A stretch of 64,000 bases of DNA, from positions 96,986-160,985 of the forward strand of contig CAKSOB010000001.1 in assembly GCA_934476545.1 (NCBI GenBank), in the 5' to 3' direction. The stretch's first letter is position 1, and the number at the start of each line of letters is the position of its first letter. Source of the DNA: an uncultured Eubacteriales bacterium. GTDB lineage: Bacteria > Bacillota > Clostridia > Oscillospirales > Acutalibacteraceae. The notes under the pieces are model-generated. The model did not search any database. It saw nothing but the letters and a program-made list of their open reading frames with translations, and was not told where the DNA came from. This document shows, in pieces, positions 9,199-17,696 of the stretch. The translations under genes and the position numbers were made by a program.

Positions 9199-10338
9199 TT
9201 ATGCTTCTGTGCGAGCTAAAACCTCCGCCAAAACGTCACCGAATAATTCACCGGAATACAAGGCTTCATCCAAAGTATTTACCTCTGTGCCAAATTCCAC
9301 CAGTAGAGAATTATGGGTTAAGTTTTCATTATAAATATGTGGTCCGAACAGCAATGGGCGAGCAAAGTTGCTGTTTACCTCTGCGCTGGCTTTTTGAAGC
9401 TGCAAGGCAAGCCGTAAATTATATTCCCAATCCGGAAAGTTCAAAGTGCCATCATCATTGCACCCACTGATAATCATAATCTGCGCTGCTTTTTTGCCGT
9501 TGATTTCCACAGTAGGACGATACCGTGTGCCGTCCTCTGCTGTCATAGAATCTCTGTGAATATCAATCGTCACCTGAATGGTTGGATATTTTTCCAGATT
9601 TTTTCGAATGGTGTCTGCCGAACGGTCATAGGAACCGTTATAGCTTTCATCATGAATGGTCTTATCGTGAATTACACCGATTCCCGCAGCCTCTAAGCGC
9701 TTGGCGATCACTTCTCCCACTGCGACTACATTGCGGTCGCTATCCTTGGTGCGGGTATCCATGTCACTGTAATAGGTATCGGTATCCTCCTCCAGATACG
9801 CCTCCATGGTGTGGGTGTGATACAGTAATACTTGGGGTGTGCCATCCCGCTTAATTGCAAGATCCGGCTGTTTTTGCAATTCTTCCTCAATGTCAATGGC
9901 GGTATAGTCATTTTCATTTTTCACAAAGACATTCTCATACTGCACACCGCCGTTTTGTAGCGTTAATTCTTGAATCGGATAGGCTTTTCCGCTCCAATTT
10001 TTCTTTGGTTTTTTCTCCGTATCAGAAGAAACTGCCTCCGAACTGCTTTCAGAGGATGCCGCTTCCGAAACCACCGAAGATTCTTCTGTTAAAGATACCG
10101 GATCCTCCGAGAAAGATTTCTGTGAGGAAGTCGTATCTTCCGGATGTAGCAGGACCTCCGCCGCACCGTTAGGCAGTACCAGTCCTGCAGCAACCAATGC
10201 TGTGGCATCCAACTCTTTTGGAAGTTCCGGCAGCGCACGCACAACCACACAGGTTGTCCCTACAACAGCCACCAACGACGCCGCCCCAACAGCAAGATAT
10301 TTTTTCCATTTCTTTGGTTGGATCAATCCCGTAATCAT
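9199..10338 (-). CDS. spoIIP: Stage II sporulation protein P (SpoIIP amidase/peptidase family)
   Basis: LLYHTHTMEAY motif, an N-terminal TM, and position directly downstream of gpr as in Bacillus. Confidence 0.8.
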   Translation of the reverse strand: MITGLIQPKKWKKYLAVGAASLVAVVGTTCVVVRALPELPKELDATALVAAGLVLPNGAAEVLLHPEDTTSSQKSFSEDPVSLTEESSVVSEAASSESSSEAVSSDTEKKPKKNWSGKAYPIQELTLQNGGVQYENVFVKNENDYTAIDIEEELQKQPDLAIKRDGTPQVLLYHTHTMEAYLEEDTDTYYSDMDTRTKDSDRNVVAVGEVIAKRLEAAGIGVIHDKTIHDESYNGSYDRSADTIRKNLEKYPTIQVTIDIHRDSMTAEDGTRYRPTVEINGKKAAQIMIISGCNDDGTLNFPDWEYNLRLALQLQKASAEVNSNFARPLLFGPHIYNENLTHNSLLVEFGTEVNTLDEALYSGELFGDVLAEVLARTEA

Positions 10339-10430
10339 TGTCCCTCTCCTTTGCCTTTGAAGTTCCGTTCGGATAATTACTATGTGGCAAAGAAGCAGAA
10401 TATGATTCTAAAAAGAACTGCCCCCTGTAA

Positions 10431-11309
10431 TTAAATCAGTTCTGCAAAAATCTCTGCATCCAGTGTGGGATTTAAAGAAGTATTGATTGCCATAGAGACC
10501 AAAGAAGCCGCGCGGTCAATCAGCAAATCAATCTCTCGTGGGGTCACCACCATCTGCGCCCCTCTGGGGGATACCCGATGAGCAGTCGGCAGAGAAAACG
10601 GGATCCCGTTTTCCTCTAATAATTCCGATGCCAACGTGACAGCGTATACAACCGTAGGAACACCTATGGCAATGACCGGAACACCAAGAGTTTCTCGATT
10701 GATGGCAGGACGAGTATTCCCCACACCGGAACCGGGCGCAATGCCGCCATCGGAAAGCTGCACCGTACATCCCAACCGATGTAAGGAGCGAGATGCCAAG
10801 GCATCCACCACAATCACTGCCGACGGTTTTAGATGCTTGGTTAGACTGCTCAATAGTTCCGCCGCTTCCATTCCGGTGTTGCCCAACACATTTGGCGTTA
10901 CCGTTACCACCGGACGAAAATAGTCGTTTCCCGTTAATCGCTGCAACTCTCCGGCAATATGGCGTGTCGCTAACACCCTGTCTGCTGTTTTGGGTCCCAG
11001 TGCATCCGGTGTGATTTCTCGGTTTCCTAATCCCGCCACTAAAACAGTTCCTCTCATCGGCAGCAGCTTTTTCAGTTCTTCGGCAACGATTTTTCGGTAT
11101 CGGTTTTCTCTGTCCAAGTGGTCGCTAAACGGCTCCATTTCTACTGTAATATACGTTCCCTGTGGCTTTTGATAGCGAGATTCTTCCTGCTTCTCCACTA
11201 CCAAAGTCGTAACCCGACAGCCGTCCTGATCTCGTTGATGTAATCCTCGACTCCCCTCGGCCTCTCGATTCTCCAATGCCAAGTCTGTTCGCAAGATCAT
11301 CCGCTCCAT
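10431..11309 (-). CDS. gpr: Germination protease GPR (spore endopeptidase)
   Basis: RTDLALE near the N-terminus and [16 protein letters not shown]. Divergent from rpsT as in B. subtilis. Confidence 0.85.
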   Translation of the reverse strand: MERMILRTDLALENREAEGSRGLHQRDQDGCRVTTLVVEKQEESRYQKPQGTYITVEMEPFSDHLDRENRYRKIVAEELKKLLPMRGTVLVAGLGNREITPDALGPKTADRVLATRHIAGELQRLTGNDYFRPVVTVTPNVLGNTGMEAAELLSSLTKHLKPSAVIVVDALASRSLHRLGCTVQLSDGGIAPGSGVGNTRPAINRETLGVPVIAIGVPTVVYAVTLASELLEENGIPFSLPTAHRVSPRGAQMVVTPREIDLLIDRAASLVSMAINTSLNPTLDAEIFAELI

Positions 11310-11431
11310 CTCCTCCCTATTTTCATCTACTATATATGGTGTGACAGATCCCTTGATTTATCAATCTGACACAACGGAAAGTTTTTACAGGAAATTTAGA
11401 CCAAAAACACCGTTCCTGTTGAAAAAAACAG

Positions 11432-11460
11432 TTGCATTTCTTTGCGATTCGTGCTATGAT
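11432..11460 (+). promoter_or_regulatory. Sigma-A-type promoter of rpsT (TTGCAT-17-TATGAT)
   Basis: Hexamers at 11432-11437 and 11455-11460. Confidence 0.55.
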
Positions 11461-11496
11461 TATGTTTGCATAATGAAAAAATCAGGAGGTGAAATC

Positions 11497-11754
11497 ATGC
11501 CAAACATTAAGTCTGCTAAGAAGCGTGTAAAGGTTATCGCTGCAAAGACAGAGCGCAACAAGGCAATCAACTCTGCACTTAAAACCGACATCAAAAAGGC
11601 AAACATTGCAATCGAGGCAAACGCTGAGAACAAGGCTGAAGCTGTTCGCGTTGCTCTCAGAGCAATCGACAAGGCTACTGCTAAGGGCATTCTTCACAAG
11701 AATACCGCTGCCAGAAAGAAGTCTTCTCTCGCCAGAAAGCTGAACGCTTGCTAA
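11497..11754 (+). CDS. rpsT: 30S ribosomal protein S20
   Basis: [13 protein letters not shown]... with GGAGGTG 7 nt upstream. 85 aa. Confidence 0.95.
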   Translation: MPNIKSAKKRVKVIAAKTERNKAINSALKTDIKKANIAIEANAENKAEAVRVALRAIDKATAKGILHKNTAARKKSSLARKLNAC

Positions 11755-11776
11755 GGCAACGTTTTTCGGTGATAGT

Positions 11777-11803
11777 AACAGAGCCAATCGGCTCTGTTTT
11801 TCT
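11777..11803 (+). terminator. Intrinsic terminator of rpsT
   Basis: AACAGAGCC-AATC-GGCTCTGTT followed by a T-run. Confidence 0.75.
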
Positions 11804-11935
11804 TTACCCATTTTTCAGAATAAACAAGGGAATTTCCTACAATCTTTGCACAATGTCAGTTGACTTTTTACTGAAAATTCGGTATGATAAGCTTGTAAAC
11901 TTGTTGTGCATATGAAAAATCGGAGGTGCGTTCCC

Positions 11936-12088
11936 ATGAAAGCAAAAAAAGGTCTGAAGGGTATTTTTGGCATCGTAATGCTGGCAGGTGTTGTAGCAGC
12001 TGTCGTAGCAACTATAATCCTGTTCTTGGACAAAAAGAAAAAGGATGAGGAAGAATTGGAGCAATATCTGGACTGCTCCATTCAGTAA
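11936..12088 (+). CDS. Hypothetical small single-TM protein (50 aa)
   Basis: MKAKKGLKGIFGIVMLAGVVAAVVATIILFLDKKKKDEEELEQYLDCSIQ, with GGAGGTG 7 nt upstream and a terminator at 12095-12126. Confidence 0.5.
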   Translation: MKAKKGLKGIFGIVMLAGVVAAVVATIILFLDKKKKDEEELEQYLDCSIQ

Positions 12089-12094
12089 CACAAA

Positions 12095-12126
12095 TCCCCC
12101 GGAGAACTTTCCGGGGGACTTTTTTG
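12095..12126 (+). terminator. Intrinsic terminator
   Basis: TCCCCCGG-8 nt-CCGGGGGA followed by CTTTTTT. Confidence 0.7.
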
Positions 12127-12153
12127 CATCCATTTTTGCATCCATATAAAATA

Positions 12154-12510
12154 TTAGGCTTTATCGCCAGAGCGAGAAAGCATCGCCGCTAAATACCCAA
12201 AGAACACTGCTGCAGCAATTCCGGCAGCCGTTGCACTGATTCCTCCGAAAAAAGCGCCCAACAAACCGCTTTGCTCTACGGCTTCTTTCGTTCCCGTTGC
12301 CAATGTATATCCGAAACCGGTCAATGGTACCGTAGCGCCGGCGCCAGCAAAAGCAACCAAGGGTTCATATAAGCCCACGGCAGTTAAGGCAACGCCTGCC
12401 GTTACAAATAAAACTAAAATCCGAGCAGGGGTCAGTTTGGTAAAATCAATTAAAAGCTGTCCCACTACACAAATCAGACCGCCTACCCAAAATGTATTGA
12501 AAAATTCCAT
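12154..12510 (-). CDS. spoVAE: Stage V sporulation protein AE (SpoVAE/SpoVAEB family)
   Basis: FWVGGLICVVGQLLIDFTKLTPARILVLFVTAGVALTAVGLYEPLVAFAGAGATVPLTGFG matches the SpoVAE core. GGAGGTG is upstream of ATG 12510. Confidence 0.8.
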   Translation of the reverse strand: MEFFNTFWVGGLICVVGQLLIDFTKLTPARILVLFVTAGVALTAVGLYEPLVAFAGAGATVPLTGFGYTLATGTKEAVEQSGLLGAFFGGISATAAGIAAAVFFGYLAAMLSRSGDKA

Positions 12511-12585
12511 GTTCTTCACCTCCGAAATAGCATTTCCCAATTCCGGAAGATTATACCCATAAAAAAAGGACGCTGCTGCGTCCTT

Positions 12586-12987
12586 TTATTTTTTGGAAAA
12601 CTTATTAAATACCGAATTTTTATCCGGCACAAACAATTTGGTGCCAATGGTGCCACTGGGACATTCAAACTTCAGAAGGTCATCTCCCTCATACATCAAA
12701 TCGCCCCAATCATTTTCGCCGCACTTTCCACGCATTTTACTGGTAACAGGAAATGTTTTTGTGGTGCCGTCCTTAAATTGGAATGTCAGCTTCATTGCGG
12801 TCACACCCTTATGGGTCACCCCTTGCTGATCCACCACTTCGCCATACTCTCGCTCTGTTTTAATAAGCACTGCTTTTCGGAAATAGCGTTTTTTGCCGGA
12901 AAATCGCTTGGTTCGCACCAAAATACCGCCGACAATCAAAATTGCAATCAGTACACCGAAAATAATGTAGGATACAATCGGATTCAT
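12586..12987 (-). CDS. Hypothetical N-terminally membrane-anchored protein
   Basis: One N-terminal TM followed by a soluble beta-rich domain. GGGAGGAG SD and TTTACT-17-TACAAT promoter at about 13022-13050. Confidence 0.6.
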   Translation of the reverse strand: MNPIVSYIIFGVLIAILIVGGILVRTKRFSGKKRYFRKAVLIKTEREYGEVVDQQGVTHKGVTAMKLTFQFKDGTTKTFPVTSKMRGKCGENDWGDLMYEGDDLLKFECPSGTIGTKLFVPDKNSVFNKFSKK

Positions 12988-13280
12988 CGCTTCTCCTCCC
13001 TACTGATTAAGATAGGTCTATTGTAGCATAGTCTATCCTCAGAGTAAACTGTAAAATTACATCCCTGTTATTTGTGCATATTGTATAGTATGTGTGTAAA
13101 ATCTTGGGACAAACTTCCGTTATTGAGAAAAAGTATGCAACAACTCTCTATCCGGAAAATGAATATTTGAAAGTTAAAAATTTCATATCTGTAATCATTT
13201 TACAACTTAGTCGGGTGTTTCTTTTGGGATTTTACAAATAGTATAGAGCAGAATTTCTTTAAAAATCCGCAGTATTCCAA

Positions 13281-13347
13281 AGTTTTTTAAATTTTTTAAA
13301 CTTTTTTTAAATTTTCTATTGACATACATCAACATATCGTATATAAT
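13281..13347 (+). promoter_or_regulatory. Consensus sigma-A promoter (TTGACA-17-TATAAT) preceded by phased T/A tracts (UP-element-like)
   Basis: -35 TTGACA at 13319-13324, an exact 17-nt spacer, and -10 TATAAT at 13342-13347. Upstream are three T6-7A3 tracts with about 10-bp period at 13283-13311. Confidence 0.7.
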
Positions 13348-13353
13348 TATGAC

Positions 13354-13828
13354 ATCGCAACCGAGAAAACTTGCAAAACGGTTCTGCAAAACCTTCTAAG
13401 TTTTGCAAGTTACAAAGTTAAAATATTCATTTCGGGTTCTGTTTCCGCTGAATTTGATCGCCCAATAAGGATTTTAAGCGATCCGGTTGAGCGGAGACAG
13501 AAACAAGAGAAATAGCCACTCGGCTGTTTCTGCTCCATCCATTTCTGAAAGAAATCCCCCTTATCCCCTTTGGACTGGGTGTATTTCATTTCAAAACCTC
13601 TCGGAACGTTAGAATTGATTAGAACTACCTTCCGAAGTACAAACAGTTGACTGCAATCTTCTGTTTGAAAATTCTCTCCCGCCGCTTCTTCTCTCTTTGC
13701 GGTAGGGTAGCGAATTGCATTTGTGTCTTTCCATTCTGTGCAAAATTGGCACGGCTCCTATTTTCTTTTCGAAAATTTAAAGATTGGAAAGTGAAAATAG
13801 CCCGCCCACTGGCAGGGCTATTTTTCTT
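13354..13828 (+). ncRNA. Candidate large structured non-coding RNA of unknown family (about 470 nt; may read through to the second terminator at 13878)
   Basis: Bounded by a consensus promoter and a plus-strand-specific intrinsic terminator. There is no ATG on the plus strand between 13352 and 13880 and no credible ORF. Several helices of 6-13 bp are present (13368-79/13400-11; 13437-49/13490-502; 13498-505/13525-32; 13640-46/13661-67). All flanking genes are on the other strand. Confidence 0.5.
13796..13828 (+). terminator. Intrinsic terminator (plus-strand specific)
   Basis: TAGCCCGCC-CACT-GGCAGGGCTA followed by TTTTTCTTT. The flank on the other strand is T-poor. Confidence 0.7.
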
Positions 13829-13840
13829 TGCCTTTTTATC

Positions 13841-13878
13841 AAAAAAGACCGCTCTTAGTTGAGCGGTCTTTTTGTTTT
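13841..13878. terminator. Bidirectional intrinsic terminator (for ktrB/trkH on minus, backup for the plus-strand unit)
   Basis: A6-GACCGCTC-TTAGTT-GAGCGGTC-T5. Confidence 0.75.
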
Positions 13879-13879
13879 A

Positions 13880-15259
13880 TCAGCCTACCATCAATTTTCC
13901 GTCCGGTAAGATGGATTCGGAGTGGCGTGGTTTCCGGTTGGCAAATGCCAATCCCAACGATACCACACCGACACGTCCTACGAACATATTGATGATCAGT
14001 GCAATTTTTGGTGCTAATAAAAGATGCGGTGTAAAAGCAGCGTTAAATCCGGTTGTACTAAATCCGGATACCGATTCATACAGCGCATCAATTGCGCTGA
14101 CATCCGGCATACTGATTAAAATCACAATCGTTGTTGCCAACGACAATACCATTCCGCCTGCAAACAAGGTCAATGCCTCAAATACTGTTGTTGTATCAAT
14201 TCTGCGTTTCAGAAAAGATACCTCTGTTCTGCCACGGAATACACTGAAAATGGTTGCAACCAAAACCACAATGGTTGTGGTCTTGATACCACCCGCCGTA
14301 GAACCCGGAGAGCCGCCAATAAACATTAAACAAATGTCGATAAATTTCGTTACGGAATGTTCCGCAGCAGGATCTATCGCAGAAAAACCGGCTGTTCGGG
14401 AACTGGCAGACTGGAACAGACTGACCAACATCTTTTGAAAGAAATTATAGTCTTTCAAAGCGTGCCGATATTCTATCGTCATGATTGCTGCCGCACCCAC
14501 CACTAACAAAAATAAGGTGCTAATCAATACAACTTGGCTTTGGAATGACAAACGCTTTCGACTCTCTCGATGGAGCAGTGGGTTCAATTTCTTCAAATAA
14601 ATATCACTGACCACAATGAAGCCCAAACCGCCTACGACGATCAATCCGGTCATTGTCAGCGACACTAACGGGTCAGAAGATACAGCGGAGGCATTCAATC
14701 CAATGGAAGTGAAAATATCAAATCCGGCATTACAAAAAGAAGAAATCGCTGTAAAAACTGAAACCCACACACCATAAATACCACACATCGGGACAAAGCG
14801 AATCAACAGCAATGCTGTACCGATAAATTCTACGGAGAAGGTGAACAGAAACACGGTTTTCAGCAGATGCTTAATATCCACATTATCGGTGCCGCTGTTT
14901 TCTTTGGCAAGCGCCAAGTCCTTGATTCCCAGCTTTTGTCGAAACAGCAGCGTAAATCCTGTTGTGAAGGTTACCAATCCCAAGCCGCCTACCTGAATGA
15001 GCAACAATAAAATTACCTGCCCAATCGGCGACCAGTGCTGCCAAGTATCGTAAACATTCAGTCCGGTTACACAAGTAGCGGACGTTGCAGTAAACATTGC
15101 ATTCTCAATGGGTGTAAACGCTCCTGTCCGAGAAGAAAACGGTAACCACAGTAAACATCCACCAATTAAAATGATACCCAAAAAACTAAGTACAATAATT
15201 CGGACGGGCGCAATTCCTTTTGTTTTTTTACTACGTCGGCGTCCTAACAAGTCTTCCAT
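13880..15259 (-). CDS. TrkH/KtrB-family potassium uptake membrane protein
   Basis: About 10 TM segments with repeated pore-loop motifs (TGLNV, NAGFD, GGSPGSTAGGIKT, STTGFN). The ATG at 15259 is 8 nt after GGAAGGAG. Confidence 0.85.
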   Translation of the reverse strand: MEDLLGRRRSKKTKGIAPVRIIVLSFLGIILIGGCLLWLPFSSRTGAFTPIENAMFTATSATCVTGLNVYDTWQHWSPIGQVILLLLIQVGGLGLVTFTTGFTLLFRQKLGIKDLALAKENSGTDNVDIKHLLKTVFLFTFSVEFIGTALLLIRFVPMCGIYGVWVSVFTAISSFCNAGFDIFTSIGLNASAVSSDPLVSLTMTGLIVVGGLGFIVVSDIYLKKLNPLLHRESRKRLSFQSQVVLISTLFLLVVGAAAIMTIEYRHALKDYNFFQKMLVSLFQSASSRTAGFSAIDPAAEHSVTKFIDICLMFIGGSPGSTAGGIKTTTIVVLVATIFSVFRGRTEVSFLKRRIDTTTVFEALTLFAGGMVLSLATTIVILISMPDVSAIDALYESVSGFSTTGFNAAFTPHLLLAPKIALIINMFVGRVGVVSLGLAFANRKPRHSESILPDGKLMVG

Positions 15260-15381
15260 GAGACACACTCCTTCCCGGGAATCATTCTGTTTGTCCTATG
15301 ATACCGCAGCTTTGGGGAAAAAGCAAGAGGAGAAAAATAATGGATTTTCGAATCGATTTATAACAATTAAGAAACAAAAAT

Positions 15382-15411
15382 AAAAAAACCATGCACACTC
15401 GGTGCATGGTT
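15382..15411 (-). terminator. Intrinsic terminator downstream of tRNA-Arg
   Basis: AACCATGCAC-loop-GTGCATGGTT with a T7 run on the minus strand. Confidence 0.7.
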
Positions 15412-15416
15412 TCCTT

Positions 15417-15493
15417 TGGCGCGCTGCAAGGGACTCGAACCCCTGACCTACTGGTTCGTAGCCAGTTACTCTATCCAGCTGAGCTAGCAGCGC
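15417..15493 (-). tRNA. tRNA-Arg (anticodon ACG), CCA encoded
   Basis: The reverse complement folds as a cloverleaf: acceptor GCGCTGC/GCAGCGC, D-arm GCTC..GAGT, anticodon stem ACTGG/CCAGT with loop CTACGAA, T-arm AGGGG-TTCGAGT-CCCTT, discriminator G, CCA. Confidence 0.9.
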
Positions 15494-15569
15494 ACACTCG
15501 CTTTTCTCAAGCCAGCCTGTATATAATAACATACTGTCTCGCAAAAAGCAAGCCTTTTTTCAAATTTTT

Positions 15570-17459
15570 TTAATTTTTTTCAAATTCTTCTTGTATTTCC
15601 CGTTCTAAACGGAAAACACCGCAGCCATACCCCTCTAAAATTGCGGTTGCACCCACATCTTTGCCCAACAGCACCTCAGCAGACTGATATTCCAATGGAA
15701 GTTGAATGGTTTGCGGATACTCATTGCTGTTCAGCGCAATGAGGATTTCCTCGCTGTCGCAACGACGAATGTACGCCATCACACCATTGCACGCTGTAAC
15801 AGGGATAAATTCGCCCTCTTTGAATACAAGATGCGCAGTTCGCAGAGCACCCAGTTTTTCGTACCAAGCGAGCAGTTCTTTGTTTTCTCGTCCCCACGGA
15901 TAACCGGTGCGGTTAAATGGATCCTTATAGCCTTCTACCCCGGCTTCGTCGCCGTAATAGATACAAGGAACGCCCGGTAAAGTATACTGCATCAACGAAG
16001 CAAGGCGCATCTTTTTCAGTCCAACTTTCCACTGCTCCTTTGTCATCTTGCAGGAACATTGCCATTCTCTGCCACGATTACACATTGGTTCGCCTGCCAG
16101 TACGGTAATGGCACGCTCTGTGTCGTGGGTACCGATGTGATTCATCAGCAAACGAACAACCTGTGGCGGATAATTCTCCAAGACTGACAAAATCATTTCC
16201 ATCATATCTTCCGCTTTTGCACCGGTCAAAAAGCCCAGAACCGCATCACGGAACGGATAGTTCATAACGCTGTCCAGTTGCCCGCCCAAAAGGTAGCGAC
16301 GACGAATACCATAGGCAGTCTTGTTGGAAGCATCTTCCCATACCTCGCCCAGAACAATGGCATCGGGATCCTGCCGCTTGGCACTATCGGATAAGCTGTC
16401 AATAAAGGGATCGGGCAATTCGTCTGCCACATCCAAACGCCAACCGGAAGCGCCCAAGCTGAGCCACTTCTGCACAATGCCACCGTCCCCATTGATATAG
16501 GTATCATACTCCGGGTTGGTTTCATTTACATTCGGAAGCGTGTTAAACCCCCACCAACTCTCGTACACGTTCGGCCACTGTTGGAAGGTATACCAAGGAT
16601 AGTATGGGGACTCTTGGCTCTGATAAGCGCCTACGGCATCATAGCGCCCCTTTTTGTTGAAGTAAATACTATCGCTGCCAGTGTGGTTGAATACGCCGTC
16701 CAACAGAATTCGAATACCCAGTTTCTTCGCTTTAGCGCAAAGGGATTTAAACTCCTTTTCAGTACCGAGCATTGGGTCGATTTTACTGTAATCGGCAGTA
16801 TTGTAGCGGTGATTGGAATGGGCTTCAAAAATCGGATTTAAGTATAGGCAGGTTACCCCCAACTTTTGTAAGTAGGGTAATTTTTTCTCAATGCCTTTTA
16901 AGTCACCGCCAAAGTAATCGGAGTTTGTCACATCCCCGTTTTCATCGGGACGCCATTCCGGCTCATCAAACCAATCTTTATGATAGTGACGGTCTTCCGG
17001 AATATTACTCTTCTTTGTTTTCGAGTTAAAAAAGCGATCCGGAAAAATTTGATATAAGATTCCGCCTGCCAACCAGTCCGGCGTGGTAAATCCTTTTTTA
17101 TAGGCGGTTAACTGCCAACTGCCACGGTCACCGATGTTATCAATCACACCGACACCGCCACTGCCCCATTGCCGATCGATTCGACGGATTCCTCTGCTTG
17201 TTTGAATCTCAAAATAATAAAAATACAACCCGAAGGTTTCCGGTGTAAAATGACATTCCCACCACTCATCGTAGTCGCCTGCCATACCGCACCAAAACAT
17301 ATCGAAAATCTTTACCTGTTTGGTAGAATCTTCCTCCACACAAAGCCGGGCAGCGCTACATTTTAAATCTCGTGGAATCCGGATTTTAAAGTGAACCGGT
17401 GTTCCTTCTGCAACGGCACCCACCGGATTTCGGTAGATTGGATCTCTTGAATTAAACAT
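15570..17459 (-). CDS. GH13 alpha-glucan hydrolase (neopullulanase/cyclomaltodextrinase-like, with N-terminal Ig-like domain)
   Basis: GH13 conserved regions LLDGVFNHTG, GWRLDVADE, GEVWED and NHIGTHDTER. Confidence 0.85.
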   Translation of the reverse strand: MFNSRDPIYRNPVGAVAEGTPVHFKIRIPRDLKCSAARLCVEEDSTKQVKIFDMFWCGMAGDYDEWWECHFTPETFGLYFYYFEIQTSRGIRRIDRQWGSGGVGVIDNIGDRGSWQLTAYKKGFTTPDWLAGGILYQIFPDRFFNSKTKKSNIPEDRHYHKDWFDEPEWRPDENGDVTNSDYFGGDLKGIEKKLPYLQKLGVTCLYLNPIFEAHSNHRYNTADYSKIDPMLGTEKEFKSLCAKAKKLGIRILLDGVFNHTGSDSIYFNKKGRYDAVGAYQSQESPYYPWYTFQQWPNVYESWWGFNTLPNVNETNPEYDTYINGDGGIVQKWLSLGASGWRLDVADELPDPFIDSLSDSAKRQDPDAIVLGEVWEDASNKTAYGIRRRYLLGGQLDSVMNYPFRDAVLGFLTGAKAEDMMEMILSVLENYPPQVVRLLMNHIGTHDTERAITVLAGEPMCNRGREWQCSCKMTKEQWKVGLKKMRLASLMQYTLPGVPCIYYGDEAGVEGYKDPFNRTGYPWGRENKELLAWYEKLGALRTAHLVFKEGEFIPVTACNGVMAYIRRCDSEEILIALNSNEYPQTIQLPLEYQSAEVLLGKDVGATAILEGYGCGVFRLEREIQEEFEKN

Positions 17460-17696
17460 TGGTCTCTTACCTTTCTTCCCTTTTTCTCCGAATTATTATA
17501 ACATAAATTTGATTTTAGCACAAAATGAAAAACCAAACTTCCTGTAAAACAAAACCATGTTTCAACGTTCTTAGCATCTTAGCGTTATCAAAATCTTTTT
17601 GCACCTAAAAATTTATTGCAATAAAAAGAAAACAGCGCCAACCAAGCTCGGTTCGACGCTGTTTTTTATTTTTCTATCGGGAAATTCCCGAAGAAA

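Noticed and set aside
8336-9470. 332-aa and 213-aa plus-strand ORFs spanning 8336..9470
   Set aside because: They cross two terminators and overlap the well-supported minus-strand genes (the small secreted protein and spoIIP). There are no SDs and the sequences are Arg/Cys-rich and non-protein-like.
11310-11400. Forespore (sigma-F/G-type) promoter upstream of gpr
   Set aside because: Only a loose match was seen (GATAA about 18 nt upstream of CATATATA), too weak to call as a feature.
13354-13828. Possibility that the orphan transcript is RNase P RNA, tmRNA, SRP RNA, a T-box or a common riboswitch
   Set aside because: I could not find the diagnostic motifs. There is no GAGGAAAGTCC, although a 10-nt GAACGTTAGA match to the Bacillus RNase P 3-prime region looks coincidental. 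There is no tRNA-like CCA end, no GGAAGGAAGCAGCC, no T-box 14-mer, and no downstream same-strand gene. This was judged by eye only, so an Rfam scan is still needed.
13647-13862. 71-aa plus-strand ORF inside the candidate ncRNA
   Set aside because: It has a TTG start without an SD, runs through the terminator hairpins, and has a Phe/Cys/Leu-rich sequence of low plausibility.
15260-15416. Possible c-di-AMP (ydaO/kimA-type) riboswitch upstream of the ktrB/trkH gene
   Set aside because: Only about 100 nt of leader is available after a weak promoter. The paired ACGGGGA/CCCA-type conserved cores are not visible.
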